In this document: positions 1 through 13,843 of the stretch, piece by piece
Layout of the letters: each line of letters starts with the position of its first letter
How positions within the stretch are numbered: position 1 is the first letter of the stretch
The notes under the pieces: generated by a model
The model's database searches: none
Told to the model about the DNA's origin: nothing
The model's input: only the letters and a program-made list of their open reading frames with translations
Position numbers and translations under genes: made by a program
Assembly (NCBI GenBank): GCA_973895155.1
Contig: OZ316898.1
Coordinates: 8,109,079 to 8,173,078 of the forward strand
Direction: 5' to 3'
Length of the DNA stretch: 64,000 bases
From: Marsupella aquatica
Taxonomy: Eukaryota > Plantae > Marchantiophyta

Positions 1-2
1 TG

Positions 3-907
3 CAGAAGACGGCTTTCTTAGGAGGCGAACTCATCAAGGACGAGTTCCTGTGGACGCCTACTTCCAATCAACTCGACGATCTTCTGTTTTGCAAAGACAG
101 CGTCGTCGGCATCCGAGAGGCCATCAAGAACTGCAACGACATACACTGGGAATTAAAGGGTAGCACGGAAAGGTGGACCCAGGCAACGGTGCTAGGAGAA
201 ACCTCCACGGCAGCAGAGATGAAGAGGAAGGGAGCCGTCAACGATGAAGCCACCCCGGCAAAAAGAACGAGGTCGGCGGCACCAAAGAAGCCAGCCGAGC
301 AGCAAAGCAGGAGGCAGGGAGAAGCCGAAGAGGAGGAGGTCGATCCCATCAAGGCCATTCCAACCAGGGATGACACCTGGAAGGGCTGGGCGGCAACCCT
401 ACCGGTGGAGGTGCAGCTACATTTTGCACGGGAGGAGGATGCATGCTTTACGGCCATGCAGACCAAGAAGTACCAAGGCTTCATGGCCGGATCCGGCTTG
501 GAGGCCTTTGTAAGATTACCATGGCTGAAGCCGGAGGTACCGGAGTCAGACCTATTAGAATTCGTGGGGTCATGGGAACCCGAGACCAATTGCACGAGGA
601 TATATGGGAAGGATTTCTATCTTACTCCCAAGGTAATTGCCGAAGTGTTTGGCCTGCCGATAGGCAATAAGACCAAAGTTGATACCAGGAAGACCTTGCC
701 TGACAGGAAGCCGTGGGAGTGGCTGAGGCCGAAGCCGTGGGTATTGCCGAGGCCGGTGTCGAGGCTGAAGCCGAAGGTGGACCCAGTCAGGCCGATGGAG
801 AGTTGACTCGGTCAAGGGCAGGTAATCTGTCAGTAGGCGGGCCAACGGCAGTGGCTGAGGAGGAAGTGTTGGGGGCGTCCATTGAGGATCCACCACCGGT
901 GTCGTGA
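3..907 (+). mobile_element. Transposon-associated ORF remnant (plant-mobile-domain-like / retrotransposon accessory ORF), running off the left edge of the window
   Basis: The frame of ORF 189..806 is open from position 3. It encodes a charged low-complexity region followed by GLEAFVRLPW...LLEFVGSW...GKDFYLTPKVIAEVFGLP, resembling the 'xTxxxIxxxxGLP' motif of plant TE accessory proteins. There is an apparent frameshift near 710 into a GVAEAEAVGIAEA repeat (713..907), no introns, and a purine tract at ~1593-1624. The family assignment is by motif recall only. Confidence 0.5.
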
Positions 908-3309
908 CGGTGCAAGGGCGCCGTTCCTTTTAGGGAGGGCGGACGTGGAGGGAGGAGGCGTGAGTGGGCAGGGCGGGCGCGGATCTCCACGTTTAGGATT
1001 AGGATCAGAACCAGGAGCGGCCCTGACACTTAGCTTAGTGGGATTGCGGTCCCACTGGTAGGAGCAACACTTGTGCTCCTGCCTTGCTGTACATAGGTAG
1101 ATTCGGGCAAGTAGATTACTGTCAGGTAGATTAGGCTTACGATGCAAAGAATGGCGGATCCACTACCAGGATAAGTACCTGGGCAGCGGGGAGCTCAGGG
1201 CCTCTTCTTTAGCAAGTTTTTAGTTTGCACCAGCCGGGCTGGGATCAAGTAGTACGAGAAGCTCTCGGTTAGTCATACAGTGACCCTTGTGTATATTCAT
1301 GTTTCCTCATGCCTAAGAGCTGAATAGAGTTGGCCTCACGGCTTAGTTCGCAGAACTTGTGTATGAGATGTACTGTTTGTATGGCAAGTGCATGGTATGA
1401 CTCAGTCAGAATGAGTCATTTTGCTATTTGTGTGTCGCATTAACTTGTGTGAAGAGTGCCCACATCAACAGAAGGAAGGAAAGTAAGCAGGGGAGTGAGA
1501 GTTGGATGTGTCGAGCTGAGAGAGGTCTTAGCGGCTTAACCAAGCCTATTGGGGATCATTCCGGCGGCGGAATCCAAACATACCTAACAAGACGGAGGGG
1601 AAGACAGGGGAAGACAGGGGAAGGCCTATATTAGGCCGGCTACGTATCTCATGACCCGATGAAGGATCTGTCCAGTATATGTGTGTAAAATGTTAATAGT
1701 AGTAGTAGAAGGTTAGCAGCGTCCCATGCCGCTAAGCCGCGGAAACGGCCTCGCCAAGCACGAAACCTGCAGGAATCGGCTTGAGCTGGGGGGTTTCTTG
1801 GGTTTAGGGAGCCATGGGACGCACCACAGTGGCTATGGTGGCTGTGAGCTCCGCTTGTGTAACGTGGATTCCTTGAGTAGTGCAAGGTGCGTTGGCTTGA
1901 CATACGTGTGTGATCGGATCGGTGCGGGATCGATGGGGTATTGTTGACCGAGATCGTTGTGCCGATTGTATGGAGATTATTGTGGGTTTTGGACATGTGT
2001 GGACATGAGTTCCACTTGTATTCCATTCTCTTGTATTTGTGATGTGGCAGTGTGACTATGTCTGGATGTATGTGACAAGCGATGTATGTTGTGTAGCGAT
2101 ATGTATGCGCACGACACTATTTCCAACCCTAGCTAAATGGAGTTGTCACTAAAGATCGGGTTTTGATGTGTTCTCTAACTGATCCAGGATATGACTAGTT
2201 CAGGTCAATTGAGTCCAATTTACTTGATTTTGGATTGAGGAGGGGCAAGGCATCGTAATGAAGACATCAGATGAATCCATCATTTCCTCACATAGAGGAC
2301 ACATGATCATCTACCAGGGTTGGATGTTCAACTGCTTATCCAATTCAATACATTGTGCACATTGTACTCCATCTGATATGATTTGTCTATTTGGGCTGTC
2401 TTTGGTCTCAAAGGTCCTTATCTTTGCACCAGGGTAGCCTTCAGTCTGCTGCCCACACTTAGTCATTGACATGGGCCAGTGCACTGTCAATGGCAGCAAT
2501 TTTCCAGGCCCCATTGCCTCCCTAGCTCTCTTCATCACTCAATCAGAGAGGCTGGGACTGTTGCCCCGTTTCTACCATTTTGCTACTGGCCTCCTGACCT
2601 GGCTGTTTTTGTCTGGTTGACACTGATTCACTCCGGCCAAAGGGGTCTTTTTTGTGATCTTGGGGTTCATTGGGTGGCATCTACCACTGTGACGCTTGGT
2701 TGTTGTGTGCTCTGGACCCTTAAGTTTGGTTTCTCTGTGCCCCCCTGGTCTTTGCCACATGGGACTCTGGAAAAAATGTGGCACAGTTGCCCTGTGGAAA
2801 AATCATTTATAGTAATGGAAATATGTGAGAAAGTTGCCAGGCTCAAGGACCAGCTGATTCCCGTTTAATTGGGTTGTCTTTTTCTCTTCTTCTGTGTTAC
2901 TTGTCAGTAAAGTTTGCATAGAAAAGAAGAAATTAGGATTATTTCTCTAAGTTGGAGCCTAGGGTCACTCGTAGACCCTAAATCTAGAGCTCCATTGTCT
3001 AGTTTGCCCTCACACTGCAAAAGGACAAAAAGAGGCAAACCAGAATCATTCAAGAAACCCAGTAAAAACCCTACTGGGCAGCCTTGGAGAGTCTTGAAGA
3101 AGAATATGTGTCTACAGAGGCCCTAAAACCAAAGCCTCCACCCTAAGGAGAGGGTTTTAAATGTCCTGTAAAATAGGTCCTTCTGGGTGATCCCTTTGTT
3201 GATCTTGTGTTCGGTTTTGCTCATTCAAATGTTGAGCTGGGCTCCACTCTGGCCTTGTGGCTGTCATTTTCCCCTCAAGGCTGTTAATACCTTTTCGTGT
3301 TAATAAGGG

Positions 3310-4000
3310 TGGCTTTTTCTTTCCTTCTTCCTCTGTTTTTGGGGTTGCATTTGGCACTTCTTTACTGTTTGGGATTTCTCCTCTTTGGATCTCTTTTGCT
3401 TTCCCTTCATTGTGCTTTGTTTGGCCCTTTTTGTAAAAAACATGGTCTCTGTCTGTGCCTTTACAATACACTAGCTCAATTACCCATTCCTTGAACGTAA
3501 ATAGATATGAAAAAAAATCTTGCATAATAAAATTTCTATCCTATTTCAGTTAATCTTTGCCCCACCCTTGTTCTTTGTCCACTCTCATTTCAGTTTTGTC
3601 TTTATTTGGAATCAAATTCACTTTTGTCTATCCTTTTTATTGGCTCATGATCATGATTACTTTTGTCTGTATCAAGGGTTAGGGTCTCGAGGCTTCACTC
3701 TAGACCCTAGGGCCTTAAGAGTAGACTTCCTTCGTGCTTTTATAATGAGATTAGTGACTTTTTCTTTGCCAAAAGAACCTGGAGGGTCACTTGTTGTTCT
3801 AAGATAGATTCCAAACCAAAAAGCATTTTAGCTGAAGTTCAATATATGCAAATCACTTTATTTCCTATAACTTATACAAAGGGAAAAAGCAAAGTACAAT
3901 GAAGGGAAAGAAAAAGAGATCCAAAGAGGACAAACGCCAAGCAAGAAATGCAAGTGCAACCCTGGAAAGAAGAAGAAGAAGAAAAGGAAGGGGAAAACTT
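3310..4000. repeat. Two copies of a dispersed ~130-bp repeat in inverted orientation (about 3310-3440 and 3880-4000)
   Basis: cctctttggatctcttttgctttcccttcattgtgctttg (~3380-3420) is the near reverse complement of caaagtacaatgaagggaaagaaaaagagatccaaagagg (~3890-3929). Further related copies lie at ~37090-37180, ~41555-41690, ~42040-42095 and ~44055-44160. Confidence 0.75.
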
Positions 4001-6282
4001 ATATGATGGAATCAAAGTTTGGGACTATTTGGTCTTAAATTCTAGACAAAATAAGCATTCCACATCGCAATTAATTGGACCCATTGTTTACCACGTAGGA
4101 TAGCTAGACCACATACCTTAATGGCCCACACAGTTTGTAAAGCTAATTGTAGCCATTTTGACTCATTTTATAGTCCAAATTGTAGAGGGAGTGGAAAGAA
4201 TGAATGGGCTCCACATCTTGTAAAACCACCCTAAATTGAAAAGGGTCTCCTTAGAGATCCTGTCTGCTGCCCAGAGAGCCATGGGTTAGCCCAAACCATT
4301 GGCAACATGCCATGTGGCACCGGTGACCATGTACTGGGTTAGCCTTAACCTATATACAAAGTGGGGGGCAACTTGGCAGATTAATTTGTTTTGGGGGCAG
4401 GTTATCAATATTTGGGTAGTTTGGGGGACAAGATACGAAAAAGCTGTTCTTAAAATTGAATGAGCGCACTCAAGTGACATACAACTGTTGTTGGCAGACA
4501 ATTTTGCAGCCTAAAAGTGAACTGATTTCACAAATTCACATTGGACTTGAAGCCCAATTGCTCATCCCCACTTGGGGGTAATGGGCTGTAGCCCTCTGGG
4601 GCTCATGGCCCTTGGGGATTACCCCCTCTTGGAGATGGTTTACGTGTTACCCTATTCGTGGCCCACCCTGTTCCTTTGGTGTCGCAGTCTAATCTCCCTT
4701 TGGGGACAACTAAACTTCACTTAGGGACAATTGGCTGGTACCCACTGGGGCTGACGACAGCCCCCCTTTCCCCAATTACATCTGCTCCGGTCATCCCCGA
4801 CCCGTCGTAGTCCGGTGCTCCAGCCAGTCATCCATTAGGAATCGCCAAATGCCACACTGGACTACTGGAGTGGGACTTTTGTCAGTTGTCACTGTACCTA
4901 CCACCCTAGAGATTGACTGGCTTTGAGCGCATTTGGACAAGCAGTGAGGCGAGTGGTCGAGGAGGACCCGTCAGTCCCACAGGGTAAGGAGTAACGTGGG
5001 GGCAATTATTATGATTGTGGAATGAGATAGAGTCATGGAGAGGTCCACTGGACCACTGCTTCTTTCAGTAAAGTAGCCCGGATGGAACTAGCCACCATTC
5101 AACCCCATGGACTCTGACATCCTTGCCACTTTCAATCATTGACACCTTCCTTTTTGTAGGTTTGTTTAACGCCCTAATACCTAAGTCTCAAAATCTGACA
5201 TAATAAGTCTCTTGAGATCAAGTTGAATCAGTTGTTTTCATCTAGTTAGAAACACAGTTTCATAAAGAATTCGGAGAGCTCTGAATTTCGAAATGTTATT
5301 TCATCATTCGATATCCACATATGAGTCCACACTTTGCACTTCTAAAAGTTTTTGAGCATTTAACTTACACATTCAATATCTCCCTCCAAATGGAATAGAT
5401 TGTTTTTGGGTGGGTTAGGGAGCTGATTTTTCCAACCAATCTCATATCTTCAAAATTCTTTGAGACTACATACACATACAAATTTCCAACGATGACCATG
5501 TATTCGTAATTTTCTTCGCAACTTTGACCGGCGTGACATGTACCATTTAAGTGGAAACAAGAATTTAGGTGCAGTACATCACCGTTGCGAGAGTCTTTGT
5601 AAAGCCTTTTGGAAACATGGAGGCCCATCGGGTCTGCACATTAATGAAGCTCGCCTTCGAAACCAAAAAGAAAGCAGGACCGTAGTGAGTACAGTACAGT
5701 AGTTGCCAAATTCTTTGCATCTTAAAAGAATCATTGGAAATTGAAACGAGAGGTCTTCATCGGCGCACGAGTTGCATATTTTCCTATGCATGGTCACTGA
5801 CTGACTGACTGGGACTGTTTTAAATAGCGACGTCCAAGTCTCGAAAGGGACACTGGACCCAACAGGTCACGAGCCACTCCCACTGCTGAAGCTTTGCTCT
5901 CATAGCTGGGTGTATGTATTTCCTTCGACCATTCGAGTCTTTCAGTTGGAGTTCACTGAATTGCGTCGGCAGTTCAGCTCGTCGATTACTTTCAGCTCAG
6001 TGAGTACGAGAGGACCGTGAGAAGGGAAGAGGAGAACTAAGGCAGTTTCATGTTTGAGAGTTCTACCGTCTAGAAGCTCGCTCCGAGGCGATTATTTGAA
6101 GTTCAAGCATCTGAAGCTGGAGATTATCTCCAGTAGTCGCACGATTGTTATGCAGACGGCCAAGTTTCTGAGGAAAGATCAAATTGATCACTACCCACGC
6201 AGTCAGACAGAGGTGGTGGGAAAGAGTGGTCTCACGGAGGAGAAGAGGAGGAGAGCCAGCACTTTCTGCAGGCAGAGTTAAA

Positions 6283-8133
6283 ATGGAGGGCGTGATGAAC
6301 GGCAACGGCTTGCACAGAGGGGAGTCCAGCGAGAACATCCTCGGCAGCGTGGAGGGGATCGTTCAGCTGAAGCACCTCTTTTCGGAGCAGAAGAAGTACC
6401 TTGACTACTTCTTCGATCACATCGACTACGACGAGCTGCACTCCTTCACGAAGCTGCTTCTGGAGTGTAAGGGCGTCATCTTCTTCTCCGGGGTGGGCAA
6501 GAGCGGGTTCATAGCGCAGAAGGTGTGCCAGACTCTTGTCTCCACGGGCACGAAGTCCGTTTTCCTCAACCCCACGGATGCCCTTCACGGAGACATTGGC
6601 ATTGTCGGGCCCGAAGACATCGTCGTGGGGTTCAGCAAGAGCGGAGCCACGGAGGAGTTGATCAAGCTAGTCCCATGTGCAAGAGCTAAGGGTGCGTATC
6701 TGGTCGGGGTCTCGTCCTTCAAGGAGAGCAAGCTGGCAAAGATCTGCGATATGCATGTGCACTTGCCCCTGGAGAGGGAATTGTGCCCGTTTGACTTGGC
6801 CCCCGTCACGTCCACAGCTATCCAAATGCTCTTTGGTGATACTGTCGCCATTGCCTTGATGCAGCAGAAGAATCTCACTCGGGAGGAGTATGCTCTCAAC
6901 CACCCGGCCGGACGTATCGGGAAACGCTTGATACTGCGGGTATAAATTCAATTCCTCCGTCTTTCTGGCAATGTCAGCCATATGGTCCCAGCGGAGGCGA
7001 TTCCCTTTCCGAGTAGAACTTGCTCATTCTAGTGAATTTGCATTGTTTTCTTTTTCAACAGTATTTTGGAGTCATGCTGTTTGAATTCTTCTCTAGCTTC
7101 TTCGGAAAGGTTTCTCTGAGGGCAGCCTACGACTGTCTGAGTAGCTGGGACGACTAGTTGTGTCTATTCCCTGGCGGTGTAGCAGCCGCTTGCATTGTCT
7201 CCGTTTGTAGTGTGTTTATTGAGATTGCTTTCGGAAACTCTACTGAACCAGTGGAAATGTAGATGGGGTCACGGCCAAGTGCTCTCAGTTAGGATCCTGG
7301 TTAGGATATCCTGTTTAGTCGTGACACGGGTATGGCAGCGAGAGGGTAATGCAGCTCAGCTTATTCAACGCGAAATCTAGTGGGTTTTCTAGGGATACTG
7401 AAGGTCTGCCAAAAGCGTTGCACAATGTAGATTGTGTACGCCGTCGGATGTTTTGAATTTGTCAGGCATGAGATTGGTTTTCGCTTGTGGCGATGGCTTA
7501 CCTTTCCCACTCGGTGATCGTCTATACCAGGTTCAAGATGTGATGAAGAAGGGTGCTGAAATACCCACGTGCAAGGAAAAGGACCTGGTGATGGAGCAGC
7601 TGGTGGAACTAAGTCACAAGGGTTGTGGCTGCTTGCTCGTTGTGGACGAGAGGAAGCGCCTTTTGGGCACCTTCACTGATGGCGATTTGAGGCGAGCTCT
7701 GAATGCGTATGGAGAGGGTATTTTCAAGATGACTGTGGGGGACTTGTGCAACAGGTATGCCCTTCTTTCACATAGACATCATCTCAACTACTCTCACCTA
7801 CTATTCATCATCCATGACGTCTCATTGTAAGGTCAGTGGGTATCACGTAAGTGTACATCAGCAGGCCTAATTATCTCAATCCAGTGATCTCGGTTTATGT
7901 TATGCCAGTTGGGAAGGGTATGAATTGCACAGATAGGTGATTGAATTCTCAACATGAACTTCGTGTGATACTTCCGCAGATCTCCCAGAACTATGTTGTT
8001 CAATTCGATGGCTGCGGAGGCTATGGTTAAAATGGAGCAGGGCCCTCCCGTGAAGTTCTTACCGATCGTTAACCATGCCAATGTAGTTGTTGGCATCGTC
8101 ACTCTTCACGGCCTTGTTGCGGCAGGCCTCTGA
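6283..8133 (+). CDS. SETH3: Arabinose-5-phosphate isomerase (KdsD/GutQ family; SIS domain + CBS pair), homolog of Arabidopsis SETH3; Kdo biosynthesis
   Basis: Exons 6283-6939, 7531-7754 and 7980-8133, all with GT..AG boundaries and consistent phase. Motifs: [75 protein letters not shown]...[10 protein letters not shown], and C-terminus [13 protein letters not shown]. Confidence 0.96.
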
Positions 8134-11100
8134 GCATTTTACTTGGATGACCTTGAAATGTGACGCAACGTTTAAATCCATCAACGATGTCATCACTCCC
8201 TAAATTGTAATGGAGGACTCCACTTCTGACACGAGCTTAAGGGTTGTGAAACTGTTCGTCAGAATGAGGTCAAGAGAGATGTGACGGTTGAAAGTATGGA
8301 TATGGAAGCCACAACGAAAATACCTCGCGTAAACAGCCATCTCCGCTTGGACAGAAGCGACTGCATAGGAAGAGCGAGCTTTTCCGGTTCTAGGTGTCTC
8401 AAACACAAAGAAAATACCTTGACAAATATAAATCTGTTTTGTGTAGCTCGCCATATTTCCTTTGACAGAAGTAATTCATAAGTAGAGCTTTCCTCGTACA
8501 AACTTGGCAGAAGCGGAGCGCACTAGCAGGTAGAATCAAGTTCAGGAAGTTAGTTATATCACAGTCGTAGCTCACTAGAACCTTTGGAAGGTTTACATGA
8601 CTTGGTCTCAACACGACCAATTTCAGTTCTGCTACTGAATGTGTGCAAACGAATATATTACTGTCACCACTCGTTGGTATTGTAAAGTGTGTGCGCCTCT
8701 TTTCTGCACACTACAAACGATTTTGTAATGTAGATTAAGTGTTCCTTTTCACGGCAAATCAAATTTTGGTTCTCCTGTAGTACCTGTTTCGAAATTACAC
8801 TTTCAGTACGCCTTCGTATTTGCTGCTGAGCTCTTTATCTGCCCAGCTTTTCAGGACAGATTTTCTACTTTGAAGGTCGGTGGTTACTCGTGGCATGTTG
8901 CGAAATTTGGACAAAAGCAGAAGATTATATCTGAAGCCTTGCGATGCTCAAATCTGGCCAGGGGGACGAGACAGAGGCAGGCAGGATGGCCGAAAACACC
9001 AGAAAGGACCCGAGGAGGAGAAGTACAGAATGCCAATAGGTCGGACAGAAGGAGAAGTACATTGCCAACAGGTCGGGCAGAGCGAATGTTTTAGCTCTCA
9101 TACAACTTGGCAATTTCTCGAGAACTAATTGGCCAGAAAGAAGCTCTATTCTTCCTTCGAGAGCCTTTCAACGAACCTGCAACATGTTTTTTACAGCTTC
9201 TGGAAGTTCTAAACTTAGACAGTCGTCTTGATACAGCTGGAGATAATCACAAGCAAAAATAATCGGACTATTTACGCGGTGAATGTAGTACCCTTACGTA
9301 GATTAGCAAGTACGGGACTTTCGTAAGAGGTGGGAATTCTCGAACGCCACGTGAAAGTGGACAAAGCAGAAAATAGTGCCTTCGTTCAACTACTCGCGCT
9401 GCGTGATCAAATCCTTGTGATCCTTCTTCACACGTCAAACTCCCGTACTTCCCACCTAGACGTAGAAATGATATCTCGTTCACACTTTGCCGTTTCACAC
9501 TTTTCCAGATGGCGGACTCCGTTCCTCCTGAGTGCGTGAACATGGGAGGGACATGAATAGCTCGTAAATCCATACGTTTGCGATATTCTCTGGGATTGTC
9601 AGCTTTTTCCAAAAAAAAGCGGCCTACTTGCCAGAGAATGGAAGGCTGAAAATGTACAATAGGTCACCACATGATGGGTACGACAAAATTCGATTCGATG
9701 GTGAACACCGTGCAACAGTTAAATCCAGGGCAAAATAATTCACGGTATTCTGATGCGGACGATCTGTATCCTTGCTCAATTTACCACGCTTCTAGCATTA
9801 ACGGCTAAGATGGCACGCAAAGTACAATATCACAAATAGATCCTAAGGTAGGGCATTTCATTAGAGTAGGCTATTGTTCGGAAATGTATCAATCTCAACA
9901 TTACTAATATTTGAATTTATGAATATTAAGTTATTACAATCAAACTTAAATTTTTAAAATGTAATCCATGGGGATTTTCAAAGACCAGCATTGTGGTTCA
10001 TGGGAGCATCATTTTCTAAACATTAAAAATTCATTCTTTTTTCACCGTGTCTGTTAAGGATAGGGTTAGGGTTGCTCCAACTTTAAACAATCTACACCAA
10101 ATGGTAATAGAAAGCTTTTAGGACTATCCTTTCTAGATAAATGAGAAAATATATTCTTTAAGGTACCTTAAAATGTGAATATTCCCCCAAAACAGTAAAA
10201 CAGTTTGTCTTCTGGTGTTTCCCCCTCAAAAAGATTCACACGTTGAGAAGAATAATCAGTCATTCCTTTTTAGAGTTTGGATAGATTTTTTAGTAACCAG
10301 TTCAAAGAAAAAATAAATTAGTTTTGAATGACTCCTCAGTGCTTATTCCTTTATAATGTGTTGGCCCCACTTCTATCCTCACATGACATTTTTCTAGTAG
10401 ACAAATATTTAGCTTCTAGACTATTGTGAATCCCTTTCAAAAACAAATGGTGGGCCTCTCATATCTTTCTCATAATGACTTAAGCTAGTCAACTCATAAG
10501 TTACTCAAAACCATCAACTAAGAAACATAACTTTAAGCACTAGCTAAGAGGGGAGAGGATTAAATGATTGTTTATCACAACTCTTAGATTCCATCACACT
10601 CGGGAGAATAAATAGCTTAGGGTCTAGGTATCTATAGTGTATGAAGAACCAAGTCAATATAATTTGAATCTAAGGATAAAACAATATATTCTAACAAATG
10701 ATGGAAAAGATTGAAAAATAAATATAGACCTAAAGAGGGGATCGCCAAAAAGAAAACTGAAAACATTAATAGGGGGTAAAATAATTTCAAAGTCCAAGAA
10801 TACAAAGAATACACCTTGTCTTAGATAAATATAAATAAATATGAAAAATCTTTATAGGACAAAACAACCTTAGCAGGCTGCCGATCAAGGTAACACCTGA
10901 TATGTCATTCTACTTAGCAGGAGGTATCCTATGCCCTTCAATTATGGTGAATTTTTTTCATAACCCAGAGATGGCTTAAAGGTGTCACTGCGCACCTTTT
11001 CGGTATCCAACTTGCCACTCTCGGTGTAGCTTGCACATTCCTTTGAAGTTTGTCGCCAGATTGACATCATTTACTATTGACAATGTTGTACATTGCATAG

Positions 11101-13843
11101 GCATTGGGCTAGTTTGTTATAACCAGTTGGGTCTCACTTTTAGATGCATCCTCTTTACGTGATACAAGAGTGGGCTCCATTTATTAAAGTTTGACTTATG
11201 AAGCTTGAGCTCAGATTTTCAATTAGTTATATGGATTTGCTCACCCTAGGTAGCATTCAGAAATGTGAATCAGCACAGACAGAGCGCTTTGTAGTTGCTT
11301 TAATGATGAACCTAAGATAAGAAACAAATAGAACATCCGCAACAGCACAGAGCATATAAGCTCTTCATCACCAGCAGGGGCCATCCTGCTTTGAAGACCC
11401 ATCCCCTTATTCCACTCACTTCAATCTCAATTGTCATCATTCTCCTGTTACTCTTGGGGCTATCTCTCCGCATCCTACTCTCTCAATTGCTGAGCACAAA
11501 ATCTCCATGGCAGCCCCTGAAGTGTATCGGAGCTCATTACACTGTAGAACACAAAAACTCTGGGTGACTTAGGATAAAGTCACTTTTAGAACCTTTAGTG
11601 CAATGTCACCCAGTAATAAAACACGCGACAATCCTTATGGCATTAGAACTGTAACTCACCCGGAACTTGTGTCAAAATAGCATGCCACTCACCTGCATTT
11701 TGGCGCTTTAAGGAAAACTTTATTGCAAAAAAAGATTCCTTAAGGACTAGTTCACATTCATCTTTACTCCCATTTTTTATTTCTGTCTGCACATTCACTT
11801 TTGGTTATACCTAGAGAGTAGGCCCATGGAGTAGCTGTTGATTGCAATCATACACTTAGGATTTCCTGAGAAATTGGCCTTGCTACAATGATTCAAAGTG
11901 AGCTCTCACAAGTTAAACAAATTTCTTGCTAGCAGTTTGCTTCATCTATGATTGTATCAAGAACATGGTAGCCTCACAAAGGAAATCAATTCACAGTCCG
12001 GATGACAGCCCCAGCCCTGGTTTCTACGACATAAATGACAATTATGTGGCGAATGGAAAAAGAAGCCAAATTGAACCACCAGAATTGACCAAAACCTTGG
12101 ATAAGCTCTAGCATAACTTCAAAAGACCAAGTTTCACATTTGTCTTGCAATCTCTCAAACAAAGCAAGAGCCAATAACATGACTATGAATGGTATGAGTG
12201 TAGGAATATCGATCAACCGTCATGAAACAGTGATCATCCAATTGCAAAATTGCCCTCCCCACTGGTTTCCCTTTTAAAAATATCTTAATAAGAAATTACA
12301 ACATGCCTTGATAAGTTGCAATATGCAAGTTATGACTTTCTTCTGAAATTCTTGTTTAGAGCACAAATAAATCATTTTGAGCCTTTCTACGGACCCCCAC
12401 TATCCATCTTGACCACTCACTTTTGTCAGCGCATTTCAGTGGCCTTAGTGTGCCCAGGCTCAAGCCATTTGTCGTCGATCCCTCACAGTGGGTGCCATTG
12501 TGCCCCTGCAGAAGCTAGCCCCCCTTGAGTACATTCCTGTCCCACTTGCTGATTTGGTTAGGATATTGGATGTTGCCCATTAGCTCTTGTCACTTTTTCC
12601 AATGTAAACACTAGTCCTTGAGCCCATCCTTGAGTTTGCACTCATGTAGTGTTTGACATTTTTCTCTTTTTCTTTGTCCTTTTTTAGTTTTACACTTGCT
12701 TTTCTTTTTTCTGGTTAGGGAAAAAACAAGAATGGTGGCAAAGATGGAAAGGGAGTGGCATGGAATTATTTTTTCTACTACTTTTTTTTCTCCTCATCTC
12801 CCAGTCAAAAGTTTATCCTTGTGCCTACTGTCTACAGTGAAGCCTCTACACCTAGACTAAAGATATATTGTCTACTCTAGAGTGAAACCTCCGCACCATA
12901 ACTCTAAAGACAAAATTGAAAGTGAGGTGCACATAGAAACGAGGGATGACCGCAAAGGTGCGGGAAAATAATAAGGAACTCTTTTTCCTGCAAGGTTTTT
13001 TGTTGCCTTCACCTCTAGTTTGCCTTCACCTCAATTTTAGGTTCAAGGCCTTGGTAATCACGCTGGTCCCTCATAGTCATCTCTAGAAATCCCCACCAAA
13101 ATAAATCCCCCCCAAAATACACGAGTGGTTAAGAACACACCATGTTCGATCACTCTGATGTATGCACTAAGCTGGCCTTTCGTAACCACGAAGAGGACCT
13201 ACGCTAATCCAATTAGCCAACGCTAGGTAGAAGCCCCGAGAAGATTCTGTGATGCGTAAAGAATCTTTGAGGCAGGGCAAAGAAGCGTGGCCATTGGGCA
13301 GTATGAAAGGCCACGTGCGCTGTACGTCCGCTTTGTACGCACTCGCAGAAGACAGAATAGCCCGAACAGAGTACATTCGCTTCCATGGAACCCGGTTGCA
13401 AGCCTGCCGCCCCCCAGCCTCCCGCCCCTCAGAACGTTATTGGATTTTACGTCTGGTACAGCAAACGAAAGCATCCCGTTCGATAGGAAACAGAGAACAC
13501 ATTGCTTTCGCGTTTCCTGGGGACGAACGAATCGAAGGTGCGAAGCTGCAGGTGGTGGTCGGAAGAAACGATTGACGTGAAGAGCAATCAATTGTGGCCG
13601 AGCGGAAGCCGAAGGAGTCGTGCAGTAGTTGAACCCGTTCCAATTCGTTTGTTGTTTGATTGAATCGCTCACTGCGAATAGAAAGAAGGAGATGAAGAAT
13701 TGAGAAAAAGGGTGTAGGCTAGAAGAAGAGCAGGAGGTAGGGAGCTTGCCTCTTTGCTCCGGAATTTGAGGTGCAGGTTTAGTGTTTGGATCGTCGAGGT
13801 CATTAATATCCGGTAACCGTTGGATAAGGAGGCTCGGGTCAGC

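Noticed and set aside
6232-6981. Antisense ORFs over KdsD exon 1
   Set aside because: Shadow frames of a GC3-rich coding exon.
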